Assembly (NCBI GenBank): GCA_027339965.1
Contig: DAHWNL010000059.1
Span: 1 to 37,259 of the forward strand
Direction: 5' to 3'
Length of the DNA stretch: 37,259 nt
Source: Granulicella sp.
GTDB taxonomy: Bacteria > Acidobacteriota > Terriglobia > Terriglobales > Acidobacteriaceae
Below, piece by piece: positions 20,001-29,416 of the stretch. Numbering within the stretch: the stretch's first letter is position 1; the number at the start of each line of letters is the position of its first letter. The translations under genes were made by a program, and so were the position numbers. A model generated the notes under the pieces. The model saw only the letters and a program-made list of their open reading frames with translations. It was not told where the DNA came from and ran no database searches.

Positions 20001-20754
20001 GCCTATCGGCGGTAACTTTTACAATGGGTTGGAAGTCAAGCTCGACAAGCGGGTGAGCAGTGGTTGGGGAAACGGTCTCAGCTTCCAACTCGCTTATACC
20101 TTCTCAAGAACCATCAACGAAGACGGGTATCTGAACGGCTGGCCCTATCAGGATCTGCACCGCATCCATCAGATTGGAAACAATGACCGCACGCATGTGC
20201 TAGTGTTCACCTCGGTCTACAACCTGCCCATCGGACGCGGAGGTTTACTCTGGAAACATCCATCCGATCCCGTCAATGCGGTGATCGGGGGCTGGATCCT
20301 GGGCTCCGTGGTAACTGCGGAGAGTGGAACACCTGTGGGCGTGGATACGGGCTGGTATTACACCTGTAGCCAAAGCTATCGCCCCAAGGGCGGGTCCACG
20401 ATGGGTGACTGGTTCTCCACCGCCGGCGATCCAAGCGCATGCTGGCAGCGGATACCGCCCTACGGTCTGATGAACCTCACCGGTCGAACCCAGCAGGTCC
20501 GCAATCCGACCGAGCCGGATCTGGACCTCTCCCTCATGAAGACCTTCCCGGTCTGGAGGAGCGCAACCTTCCAACTGCGTTTGGATGCCTTCAATGCAAC
20601 CAACTCCGTCCTGTTTGGTGGTCCAAATACCAACCCCGGAGCCGGACCTGCCACCTACACTCCAGGAGCCGGCTGGAGTGGCTTCGGAACCATTGGCCCC
20701 GACCAGCAGAACACGCCGAGAGTATTACAAGTTCAAGGCCTGTTTCAATTTTGA
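17026..20754 (+). CDS. TonB-dependent receptor (Oar-like, N-terminal carboxypeptidase-regulatory-like domain)
   Basis: GAGGAGG SD, signal peptide, GIVSDQSGAVIPNAKV N-domain, plug motif DSVQEM..YDARYGRTSGG.VN..TKSGTNQFHG, GPRFGFGY, terminal Phe (GLFQF). Confidence 0.93.
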   Translation: MHPIAHRWAKILLAIVFTCGALRGNAQDFRATFAGIVSDQSGAVIPNAKVTAVENSTKTTYTGITTAKGAYFIPYVLPGTYTLSASAKNFKTVIQEKVLVTTTQVFKQNFTLQVGRVSQQVVVSAAPPQLDAADASENNPVSARTIESVPLNGGAIYPLIGTTPGSQVAYGQMNTAQNGYDNTANYSLGGGIYGLNQFTLNGSNITSQFTYDLQGAGEWTVAPNLDSVQEMDVMTTTYDARYGRTSGGTVNTSTKSGTNQFHGSARYAFQGTTLDANSYQNNLHGAPRNGEVQNQFWITAGGPILKNRLFFFFGFEGYHQSLQSSFFENVAPAYLRPGYQGNSGVNFGLVGALDPGEFPNGLPIFQPGSAVCLDGGDVNSCNSNKLAQTEFPNDTIPGSMINPTATAILKYLPLPNVPSAANLARGNNYFAQNPGLLHYNQPQIRVDYNLTDRTKLYSFFIYSDGADFHNSNGISGLAENGTIDAVHQTYVATQDVTHVFSPNMTGDFKISWNRYAATNPDGLNQATNPTSIGLSMPLPPTTGTQYLPQFTISDGWGTGFVNGRTLFGNDILTSASVTNDYSLNVDFTQTHSRHTLEYGGEIDEDQFGGYPNDGGNPSGRFSYDSGFSQYDPENASCYSPTGSPNPNCSTLNNDQNGSSLANFYLGYPSGGGIDWNGSLMEGYPVYSIYFQDNVQMTRNLTLNMGIRYDVQRGLRERHNYLNRGICLTCVNPIGQTSAYQGNVANASNVAAWNKVGINVSSLSSVLGGIEFAGTDGQSRDAYNTDYSDVGPRFGFGYSINPRTIIRGGYGILYSFGLEGGSSVGMTETTNLTSSLDAGIIPTNYFQSGNPFATGLIKPTGDSLGLETDLGNGGVEVDFPDRRIPIEQVMSLGFQRDLGSGIVLDARYAGNFTNRLRTFLWVNGTASLAEEQQAIANPAFFNEQVPNPYYQVPGMSGPGECGTAKTIPAVELRTILSQYCRPGGTGLVGQFNAPIGGNFYNGLEVKLDKRVSSGWGNGLSFQLAYTFSRTINEDGYLNGWPYQDLHRIHQIGNNDRTHVLVFTSVYNLPIGRGGLLWKHPSDPVNAVIGGWILGSVVTAESGTPVGVDTGWYYTCSQSYRPKGGSTMGDWFSTAGDPSACWQRIPPYGLMNLTGRTQQVRNPTEPDLDLSLMKTFPVWRSATFQLRLDAFNATNSVLFGGPNTNPGAGPATYTPGAGWSGFGTIGPDQQNTPRVLQVQGLFQF

Positions 20755-20769
20755 GGGGCGGAGGTTTCT

Positions 20770-20801
20770 GGGCCACGTCTCCTTGCCGGGAAACGTGGCC
20801 C
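20770..20801. other. Strong stem-loop directly after the receptor gene
   Basis: gggccacgtctcc-ttgccg-ggaaacgtggccc, 12/13 paired, no U-tract. Confidence 0.55.
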
Positions 20802-20974
20802 GACTGAGCCTTTACTCCCTATCTGGGCACGGATACCCAAAGAAGGAGACCCGATAGGCGGAGAGGAGGTGTTGGTGGTTGATGAGGAGCCTGTGGAACA
20901 GCCTGTCCGAGTGCAGTCACTTGCCCTTTTTCGGCGCTTGTTGGAGCGCGAGGATTCGACTTTGCTCTGCTAAC

Positions 20975-21000
20975 GAGCGCGATTTGCATCGCTCTTTTTT
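20975..21000 (+). terminator. Putative intrinsic terminator between receptor and GH38 genes
   Basis: gagcgcgat-ttgc-atcgctc bulged stem followed by T6. Confidence 0.5.
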
Positions 21001-21214
21001 GCCCTCGTGTTTCCTTGCTCCGGTCGCGGGAGATCAGTGGTTGCAGGAGCTATCTCTCGCAGCGGCTCTTTCAATCACTCAAACGAACTCTCGCATTGTG
21101 CAGACTGCCCGCTCCACGCTTCGCATTTCGCAACAGCCCGTAGCACCAGGCATAGATCATCCATCAAAGCGCTTCAACGCGCTCCAAAGTGCTTCACGAA
21201 CAAATGGAGAACCG

Positions 21215-24200
21215 ATGCAGATTCCTCGTAGGCGTTCCCTTTTCGGGCTGTTGACTTGTCTCCTCTTTTCCATGGTTGGCGTTGCTCAATCGCCTCAGAA
21301 GCCCAATCTGGAGAAAGTCCCCACGCTCTACGTTGTTGGCTACGCGCATCTGGATACCGAGTGGCGATGGGAGTATCCGCAGGTAATCAATCAGTATTTG
21401 CGCAACACGATGGAGTACAACTTCAAGCTCTTTGCCAAATATCCCCACTATATCTTCAACTTCAGTGGGGCCAATCGATATCGCATGATGAAGGAGTACT
21501 ACCCTGACGAGTTTGCCGAAGTCAGGAAGGATGTAGCGGCTGGGCGTTGGTTTCCGGCCGGCTCGTCCATGGAAGAGGGTGATGTGAATGCGCCGAGCGC
21601 AGAGGCGCTCCTGCGCCAGATTCTCTATGGCAATGAGTGGTTCCAGCGAGAGTTTGGCAAGTCGAGCGAAGAGTTCATGTTGCCGGATTGTTTCGGATTT
21701 CCCGCTTCGCTTCCGACCATCCTTGCACACGCCGGGGTAAAGGGATTCTCCACACAGAAATTGACCTGGGGCTCGTCGGCGAACGCAGGGGGGCCGGACT
21801 CGCTGGAGAGAACGCCGGAGGGCACGCCGTTCAACGTGGGTGTGTGGGTGGGGCCGGACGGAGAAAGCGTGATGGCGGCGCTGAACCCCGGAGCCTACAG
21901 CGGAAGCATCACCACGGATCTGAGCACGCCTTTGCCGCCTCTGCCGCCGAATCCTGCGCTGAGCGACGTCGAAAAGAAGATAGCGGCAATGCAGGAACAA
22001 GTCCAGGATAGGCGGCGGGGAAACCAGGTCAGCTCAAGCAGCCTGCAGCAGTTCTTCGCTTTGCGCTCGGAGCAGCAGGGTATCGAGTTAGGCGAACAGC
22101 AGAATGCGGAACGGCGCTTTCAAGGCGACTGGGCCGCGCGGGTGCTGCATAACGGAAAAGTGACGGGAGTCTTCACGGACTATCACTACTACGGAACCGG
22201 TGATGTGGGGGGCGCGCCGAATGACGAGTCGGTGAAGCGGCTAGAGGCAATCGTTACAAAAGGCACGGTTGCTCTTCCGCCGCAGAACGGGATGTCCTAC
22301 CGTGGTGAAGCCCATGCTGACTGGCCTCAGGTCCAAGTGGGCGAAGGGCCGGTGCATGTGATCTCCGCCACTGCGGATCAGATGTTCCGCGATATCACGC
22401 CCGCGGAGGAGAACCTGTTGCCGCGGTATACCGGCGAGCTGGAGCTTACCAATCATTCCGCCGGCTCGCTGACCTCACAGGCCTATCAAAAGCGCTGGAT
22501 CCGCAAGGAAGAGCTGCTGGCTGACGCCGCAGAGAAGTCCTCTGTGGCTGCGTCGTGGCTGGGAGCGCGCGCCTATCCGATGGAGCGGTTAAACCGCGCC
22601 TGGACGCTAGCCATGGCGGCTCACTTCCACGACCTGGCCGCGGGTACGGCGACTCCAAAGGCCTATGAGTTCGCCTGGAATGATGACGTGATCGCGCTCA
22701 ATCAGTTCGCGGACGTGCTCAAGAGTGGCGTCGAAGGCGTGTCAGCAGCCATGGATACAGCCGGGGAGGGCTTACCAGTGGTGGTGTTCAACCCGCTGAA
22801 CATCGAGCGGGACGACATCGTGGAAGCCAACTTGAAATTCCCGAATGGCCTGCCAACGGAGGCGCATGTTGTCGGTCCGGATGGCAGCGTGCTGCCCGCC
22901 CAAATCTCCGATGGTAAGGTCCTTTTTGAGGCGCGCGTGCCTTCGGTGGGCTACGCGGTCTATCACGTGCTGAAAGGAGCCGCTGCTGATGCGGGAGAGT
23001 CAACCCTGCATGTGAGTGGCCAAGAGCTGGAGAATGGCTATTATCGCGTTCAGATTAACGCCGACGGCGACGTTTCGAGCATCTTCGATAAGAAGGCAAA
23101 CCGCGAGTTGCTCGCTGCACCCGCGCGGCTTGCGCTCTCCTATGACAACCCTTCTCAATGGCCGGCATGGAACATGGATTGGGATCAGGAGCAGGCGCCA
23201 CCGCGCGCTTACGTCTCCGGACCAGCACAGATTCGCGTAGTGGAGTCAGGGCCGGTACAGGTAGCCATCCAGGTGACTCGTGAAACCGATGGCTCGCGAT
23301 TCATCCAAACGATCAAGCTCTCTGCCGGCGACGCCGGCAAGCGGGTCGAGTTCGGAAATGTGATTGACTGGAACAGCCGTGAACGCAATCTGAAGGCGGT
23401 GTTTCCGCTGACGGCTTCCAACCAGATGGCCACCTACAATTTGGGGGTCGGCACCATTGAACGGCCAACGGCGCAACCGCGGACCTTTGAGGTTGCAACC
23501 CACCAGTGGATTGACCTGACGGATATGAGCGGAAAGTTTGGCACGACGATCCTGACCAGTTGCAAGAATGGATCGGATAAGCCAAATGACCATACCCTCC
23601 GTCTCACTTTGATCCGTACGCCGGGAACCAGGGGAGGCTACCCGGACCAGGGAACACAGGATATCGGGCACCATGAGTTTACCTACGGCATATCCGGGCA
23701 TGTTGATGGATGGCGCAAGGCGCAGACGGACTGGCAGGCGGAGCGGCTGAACGATCCCCTGATTGGTTTTGAGGCCACCAAGCACAAGGGAGAGTTGGGG
23801 AGCAGCTTCTCCCTGGTTCAGATAAACAGTCCACGCATTGGAATTATGGCGCTGAAGAGAGCCGAGGCGAGTGACGAATACATTCTGCGTCTGGTGGAAC
23901 TGGATGGAAAGCCGCAGCCGGAGGTTCACATCTCATTTGCATCTCCAATCATCAGCGCAAGTGAGGTGAACGGACAGGAACAGCCAGTCGGCACTGTGAA
24001 GGTGGAGAACGGTGCGCTGGTGACATCCTTCGGAGCCTATCAGCCGCGTACGTTCGCGGTCCGGCTCACGCCACCTATGTTCAACGTCGCCAGCGTACGG
24101 TCTACGCCGGTTTCGCTGCATTATGACTTGGCGACTGCTACCAGCGCCGGCACCGTCGACAAGACTGGTTTCGATGAGAAAGGAGATGCTCTTCCCGCAG

Positions 24201-25600
24201 AGATGCTGCCGGCGCAGATTCTTTTCAACGGCGTTGCCTTCAAGTTGGGGCCGGCAGCGACAGGCGCTCCGAACGCGATCGTGACCAAAGGGCAGAGGAT
24301 CGCATTGCCGCAGGGCAAGTTCAATCGCATCTATATCCTCGCTGCGGCAGAAGCCGGGGATCAGAAGGCCGTCTTTGAGGCCGGCAAGAACAAGAAGGAG
24401 CTGGATATTGAGGACTGGGGAGGCTTCATCGGACAGTGGGATGATCGCGAGTGGACTTCTGCGGGTGGTGATAACAGCTATGGTGAGATGATCGGTCTCA
24501 AGCCCGGCTTCATCAAACGTGCGGAACTGGCATGGTATTCGGATCACTATCACGACGCTGCAGGCAAAAACGTTGCCTACAGTTACTCGTATCTCTTCGG
24601 CTATCGGATGGATCTTCCCGAGGGTGCGAAGAGCCTCAGGCTGCCAACCAATCCTCATATCCGGATCCTGGCGATCTCGGTCGCGGAAGAGAACCCTGAT
24701 ACGCATCCGGTGCAGCCGCTCTATGACGTGTTGCCGTCGCCCCATGCGGGACAGCCGGACTTTTCCATCTCGGCCCCCGCCGATCTGTCCGTACCGCAGG
24801 GAATGAGCCGAGCCGGTCACATCCTATTGCTGCCGATGGGAGGATTCCAGCAAAAGGTTCAACTCAGCGCATCAGGAGTTCCAGAGGATGTGCGTCTAAC
24901 CTTTGAGCCTTCATCGGCGAATGGCCGAAGCACACTGACTGCCGATGCATCCAGCCATGCTTCTCCCTACAGCAGCACCGTGACCATCTCGGGTACTTCG
25001 GAAAACCTTACGCATAGCACAACCATCACCCTGAATGTGACGCCTGTGCTGAAGGGCACGGTATCAGTCGATCTTTCGTCGGCTTACAACGTGCGGGCGA
25101 TTGACCAGAAAGGCGCAAAATTCACGTCGTCGGAGAGCATGGATCGCGATGGATCCTCTCTATCCGAGGAGACGCTGGGCGCAGAGCAGGTTGGCGACGA
25201 GGTTCGCTTCAAGCTCGGTCCGCCGGGCGTGCCCGATGCCGTCAGCAGCCGGACGGTCCATCTCCCTCAGGGAAGTTATGCGAGTCTGCGGTTGCTGGGT
25301 ACTGGCGTGGAGGGAAATCAGCGTCGGCAACTGTTTACGGTCAACTACACCGACGGAACCTCAACGCCATTTACTCAAACCGTAAGCGACTGGGCAGAGC
25401 CTAGACATCTGCGGGGAGAGTCGGATGCGGTCCAGGTTCCGTATCGGCTAGAGGGCGACGGGTCGGTAGACCCAAATACCTTCCATCTCTACGCTTATAC
25501 CTTTCCTCTTGACCCCAACAAGCAGGTCAAGAGCTTCACTCTTCCCCAAAACAGGAATGTGGTGGTCTTTGCCCTTACGCTTGTGCCGGGAGAAAAGTAG
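21215..25600 (+). CDS. Secreted GH38 alpha-mannosidase with extra C-terminal modules
   Basis: GGAGA SD, signal peptide, HLDTEWRW Zn site, PDCFG nucleophile motif, HFHD..AGT, GH38 middle and C domains; ~500 aa C-terminal extension. Confidence 0.93.
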   Translation: MQIPRRRSLFGLLTCLLFSMVGVAQSPQKPNLEKVPTLYVVGYAHLDTEWRWEYPQVINQYLRNTMEYNFKLFAKYPHYIFNFSGANRYRMMKEYYPDEFAEVRKDVAAGRWFPAGSSMEEGDVNAPSAEALLRQILYGNEWFQREFGKSSEEFMLPDCFGFPASLPTILAHAGVKGFSTQKLTWGSSANAGGPDSLERTPEGTPFNVGVWVGPDGESVMAALNPGAYSGSITTDLSTPLPPLPPNPALSDVEKKIAAMQEQVQDRRRGNQVSSSSLQQFFALRSEQQGIELGEQQNAERRFQGDWAARVLHNGKVTGVFTDYHYYGTGDVGGAPNDESVKRLEAIVTKGTVALPPQNGMSYRGEAHADWPQVQVGEGPVHVISATADQMFRDITPAEENLLPRYTGELELTNHSAGSLTSQAYQKRWIRKEELLADAAEKSSVAASWLGARAYPMERLNRAWTLAMAAHFHDLAAGTATPKAYEFAWNDDVIALNQFADVLKSGVEGVSAAMDTAGEGLPVVVFNPLNIERDDIVEANLKFPNGLPTEAHVVGPDGSVLPAQISDGKVLFEARVPSVGYAVYHVLKGAAADAGESTLHVSGQELENGYYRVQINADGDVSSIFDKKANRELLAAPARLALSYDNPSQWPAWNMDWDQEQAPPRAYVSGPAQIRVVESGPVQVAIQVTRETDGSRFIQTIKLSAGDAGKRVEFGNVIDWNSRERNLKAVFPLTASNQMATYNLGVGTIERPTAQPRTFEVATHQWIDLTDMSGKFGTTILTSCKNGSDKPNDHTLRLTLIRTPGTRGGYPDQGTQDIGHHEFTYGISGHVDGWRKAQTDWQAERLNDPLIGFEATKHKGELGSSFSLVQINSPRIGIMALKRAEASDEYILRLVELDGKPQPEVHISFASPIISASEVNGQEQPVGTVKVENGALVTSFGAYQPRTFAVRLTPPMFNVASVRSTPVSLHYDLATATSAGTVDKTGFDEKGDALPAEMLPAQILFNGVAFKLGPAATGAPNAIVTKGQRIALPQGKFNRIYILAAAEAGDQKAVFEAGKNKKELDIEDWGGFIGQWDDREWTSAGGDNSYGEMIGLKPGFIKRAELAWYSDHYHDAAGKNVAYSYSYLFGYRMDLPEGAKSLRLPTNPHIRILAISVAEENPDTHPVQPLYDVLPSPHAGQPDFSISAPADLSVPQGMSRAGHILLLPMGGFQQKVQLSASGVPEDVRLTFEPSSANGRSTLTADASSHASPYSSTVTISGTSENLTHSTTITLNVTPVLKGTVSVDLSSAYNVRAIDQKGAKFTSSESMDRDGSSLSEETLGAEQVGDEVRFKLGPPGVPDAVSSRTVHLPQGSYASLRLLGTGVEGNQRRQLFTVNYTDGTSTPFTQTVSDWAEPRHLRGESDAVQVPYRLEGDGSVDPNTFHLYAYTFPLDPNKQVKSFTLPQNRNVVVFALTLVPGEK

Positions 25601-28063
25601 ATGCCAGAATGCGAACGGTCTTCTTTGAGAACCCGCGATCTCCAACGCAAGCGTAATGACCATAATCAACGGCATCTGCGTCGAACGGAAAGCAAACAGA
25701 CACACAGGTGTGCGAATCAGCTTTCCATCTGGGGAGCGGGCCTTGTCCTGGTACTTCGTCTTGCAGTTCCAACGGCAACCCAGGCGCAGAAAGCGCCGTC
25801 AGCAAGCGGCCAACCGCTGGATTACGTGAACGGCCTCGTCGGTACCGCGCCGCTGGATCGCCAGATTCTGATTGGGAACGCTCCGCCCCCCGGGGAGCAG
25901 TTATATTCAGGATTCACCACGCCGGACGCGGTTCTTCCGCATAGCTCCACTGAACTGGGTCCCATCAACGCGAATCTGGATCTGGAGTATCCGGCAGGCG
26001 TGCGAGCGTCATACTTCTATCCCAACCGCATGATCTATGGCTTCAGCGGTGGCGCAAATGGCCATCCAATCGTGATGCCGATGGTAGGAAACTGGACCGT
26101 GCCGCCGGAACGCAGCGCCTCAGTCTACGATAAGATACGCGAAAAGTCGTCTCCGGGGTACTACAGCGTCTATCTCAACGACTACAAGATACTTGCAGAG
26201 ATGACCGTGACCACCTGGACGGGGCTCTTCCGCTTCACATTTCCTGCCTCCCAGAGATCACACATTCTGTTGGACCTCGGGCGCCGAGGAGGAGACGTCG
26301 AAGTCGTCGACGATCATACAGTGCGTGGGCGCCAACGCGGCGGAGAACGTTATTTTGTCGCAGAGTTCTCAAAGCCCTTTACCAGCTTCGGAACCTTCAA
26401 GCAGAATCCGCCGAGGCGGCCAGGATATTCGCTGTTGGGAGGCAATGAGGTCGATCCAGGAGCTCGAACCGTGTCGGGCAACTTTGGGGGCGTTTATCTC
26501 AACTTCCAGACGACCTCGGGCGAACAAATTCTGGTCAAAATCGGCTCAGGTCCGAGCTACCAAATTGCGGAAGATCGCCTCAACCAGGAGCAGCCCGGCT
26601 GGAACTTTGAGAGAATCCATCGCGAAGCGGAAGACGCATGGGCGAAAAAGCTGAATCTCGTCCAGGTGCATGGAGGAACCACAGAGCAGAAGATGCTTTT
26701 CTACTCCTGCCTCTATCACTCGTTTTACAGTCCCAAGTTGCTGGCCAACAAAGGCGAGCAGTTTTCCAGCCGAGACGGAACGCTGGAGACCGCAACCTAT
26801 AACCGATATGGACCGGTACCCCTTTGGGACACCGGACGCAACCAGATTGTCCTGCTCACCATGCTTGAGCCCAAGGTGAAGGAGGACATTCTGCGCTCGG
26901 AGTTGGATGCGGCTCGCGAGTCCGGCTACATGGAGACCTCCTTCCACGGTGACAATGCGGTGTTCATGTATCTCGGGGATTGGGAGCGTGGACTTTCGTT
27001 CGACCGGGCCGCAGTGTACGAATATCTTCGCAAGAATGCCATGGATCCGAATGGACCGCGCCACTTTCTCGCTGAATATATGCAAAACGGCTGGATCTCG
27101 GATTTCATTCCTCCAGGGAATCCAAGTCCGCCATACGCCGGCGGCAAGGCAGGAGTGGCAACAACGCTCGAGTACAGTTGGGACGACTATGCCATGGCGC
27201 AGTATGCGAAGCGTCTGGGTAAAGAAGACGACTACGAGATGTTCTTGAAGCGGGCTCACAATTACAAGAATGTCTTTGATCCGAGCGTCGGCTTCATGCG
27301 CGGTCGGACGGCGGACGGTAAGTGGATCTCGCCATTTGATCCTCGCGAGCCGTACTACAACTTCATGATGAAGGAGGCGTCCGGGTGGTCAACCCTATGG
27401 CTCGTTCCGCACGATGAGCAGGGCCTGATCAACCTGCTGGGAGGGCGCCGGAAGTTTGACGCGAAGTTGGACCAGTTCTTCAGCACGCCGTACACGGCCA
27501 AAGGGATCTGCCGAGACTGCACCGGAGTGATTGGACAGTATGTGCAGGGGAACCAGCCGGACCAGCAGGCGGCCTATCTCTATGATTGGGGTGGTCAGCC
27601 GTGGAAGACCCAAAAGTTGGTACGGGAGATTCTGGCGCTGATGTACGGCAGCGACCAATACGGTCTTGCCTTTCCGGGTATGGACGACCAGGGTTCAACA
27701 TCTTCCTGGTATGTCATGAGTGCGCTCGGCTTCTATCCCGTGGATCCGTCCTCCCCGGACTACATTATGGGCAGCCCCATCTTTGATAAAGCTACGATCC
27801 ATATGGGTCAGGGACACAACTTCACGATCATAGCACGCAACAATTCCGCGAAGAATATGTACATCCAATCAGCAACGATGAACGGCAAGCCCTGGGAGAA
27901 GCCATGGTTCAGCTACTCGGATATCGCTGACGGAGCCACCCTGGTGCTTACCATGGGGCCCATGCCGAACAAGTCCTGGGGAGCAGCCCCTGACGATGCA
28001 CCGCCATCCATGACTGTGAGAAGCGATACGACGAAGAAGAGTGAGATCACGCCCATGAAGTGA
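25601..28063 (+). CDS. GH92 alpha-mannosidase
   Basis: TTLEYSWDD, NYKNVFDPSVGFMRGR, KEASGW, QYVQGNQP, GMDDQG..SSWYVMSALGFYPV; ATG abuts GH38 stop, start uncertain. Confidence 0.92.
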   Translation: MPECERSSLRTRDLQRKRNDHNQRHLRRTESKQTHRCANQLSIWGAGLVLVLRLAVPTATQAQKAPSASGQPLDYVNGLVGTAPLDRQILIGNAPPPGEQLYSGFTTPDAVLPHSSTELGPINANLDLEYPAGVRASYFYPNRMIYGFSGGANGHPIVMPMVGNWTVPPERSASVYDKIREKSSPGYYSVYLNDYKILAEMTVTTWTGLFRFTFPASQRSHILLDLGRRGGDVEVVDDHTVRGRQRGGERYFVAEFSKPFTSFGTFKQNPPRRPGYSLLGGNEVDPGARTVSGNFGGVYLNFQTTSGEQILVKIGSGPSYQIAEDRLNQEQPGWNFERIHREAEDAWAKKLNLVQVHGGTTEQKMLFYSCLYHSFYSPKLLANKGEQFSSRDGTLETATYNRYGPVPLWDTGRNQIVLLTMLEPKVKEDILRSELDAARESGYMETSFHGDNAVFMYLGDWERGLSFDRAAVYEYLRKNAMDPNGPRHFLAEYMQNGWISDFIPPGNPSPPYAGGKAGVATTLEYSWDDYAMAQYAKRLGKEDDYEMFLKRAHNYKNVFDPSVGFMRGRTADGKWISPFDPREPYYNFMMKEASGWSTLWLVPHDEQGLINLLGGRRKFDAKLDQFFSTPYTAKGICRDCTGVIGQYVQGNQPDQQAAYLYDWGGQPWKTQKLVREILALMYGSDQYGLAFPGMDDQGSTSSWYVMSALGFYPVDPSSPDYIMGSPIFDKATIHMGQGHNFTIIARNNSAKNMYIQSATMNGKPWEKPWFSYSDIADGATLVLTMGPMPNKSWGAAPDDAPPSMTVRSDTTKKSEITPMK

Positions 28064-28525
28064 ACGGAAATCCGCACGAGCGCTACCTGCGCAATAAGCT
28101 CAAACAGCTCGATCAAGTCTCATTGAAGCCGTTGCAGCGCAAGTGACAAGCAGGCAATGTCGAAGAGAACACAGCAAGCGGAGAGCGAACGATGGTGGAA
28201 CACCCAAAGCCGGCGGAACTGATCAAGCCAGATGTCGGCTCGCTCCATGCCCCAGCGTCTAAAGCGGCACATTCTGTCTCTGTCGTCCTATCCCATTTAT
28301 TGAGGGTTCTTACGATACGGCGCAATCCATCCAATAACCTTGCTCGCCGACCCTTTGTGAGACGCAACGGAACCGGACTCGACGACGACCCCTGCTCCCT
28401 TCTCATTGTCGCAGCTCAACCGAACGAATTCTCACGTACCACCTTGTGTCTCGAGGCCAGATTCATCGCTGAAACAGGCTCCAACAAACCTCAATTTACC
28501 AGCTTCCTATAAGGAGGATCGCAAA

Positions 28526-29191
28526 ATGTTATATCGTCCATTTCGTCAATTCGGCCGGTTCGTGCTGGCTGCATGTGTGATCAGTTGTGGAGCCATCAGC
28601 GCCAGCGCCCAAAGCACTTTGCCACAGGCTCCAAGTCCAGCGCGTGTGGACGTGTTCACAGGGTACTCATACTATTGGCTGAACAGCAAGATCAAAACTG
28701 AATACGATGACAACCAATACTACGGTGGGACATTTGGTTCCGTAGTAGCTGGAGCCATGGGCAGTGGTGCTTATTTTTACAATAAGCTGGTGGGCGTCGA
28801 GGTGAATATCACAGCAAACCCAAATGGAAAGGGTGATGGTTTCTACGGATACTATGCAGGAGCGATCTTCCACTGGCAGAGGCGAAACTATACTCCCTTC
28901 ATTCACGGCCTGGTAGGCAGTGTGCGTAGCGTTGGCCCCAACAATCCGGGAGGCCCCGGATACAACCCGCACGAATGGGGTCTCGGACTCATGGCCGGCG
29001 GCGGCGCAGATCTTCAACTCCCGTTCTTCCAGCATCGGCTTGGCTGGCGTCTGCTGGAGGCGGACTACCGGTACAACCATACCGACTTTGGCCCTGCGAT
29101 TCCGGCGGACTATAAGATAGGCGGACGAACCAACATGAGCGGAGTTGAGTTGAGTTCAGGCCTGCTGTTTCATTTTGGCAGTCTTAATTGA
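28526..29191 (+). CDS. Small outer-membrane beta-barrel protein (about 8 strands, no periplasmic OmpA domain)
   Basis: AAGGAGG SD, signal peptide (ASA-Q), amphipathic strands VDVFTGYSY, YTPFIHGLVG, AGGGADL, LLEADYRY, LSSGLLFHF. Confidence 0.8.
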   Translation: MLYRPFRQFGRFVLAACVISCGAISASAQSTLPQAPSPARVDVFTGYSYYWLNSKIKTEYDDNQYYGGTFGSVVAGAMGSGAYFYNKLVGVEVNITANPNGKGDGFYGYYAGAIFHWQRRNYTPFIHGLVGSVRSVGPNNPGGPGYNPHEWGLGLMAGGGADLQLPFFQHRLGWRLLEADYRYNHTDFGPAIPADYKIGGRTNMSGVELSSGLLFHFGSLN

Positions 29192-29416
29192 GGAAGCCAA
29201 TGCTCCCATGTCCAAAGCTAGGGTCACATCGAGTCATATGTTTCTCCGGAGGTCGAAAATGGGGTTGAAGATATCGAGTCTTCCTGCGAGCAGGTGCAGG
29301 CGGCTCAGCCAAGCAACTGGGGCGTTTTGCTAAGGCAAGCTTCTATACGGTCCGCTTCAGCTGCGAACGTAAGTCATGTGCAAGCAAGTTGAGAAGATGG
29401 AGCAAAGGAGCTACTC

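Noticed and set aside
28064..28525. ORFs 28192-28512 and 28113-28406, or a hidden SusD-like gene
   Set aside because: Too short, no lipobox or signal peptide, no family motifs
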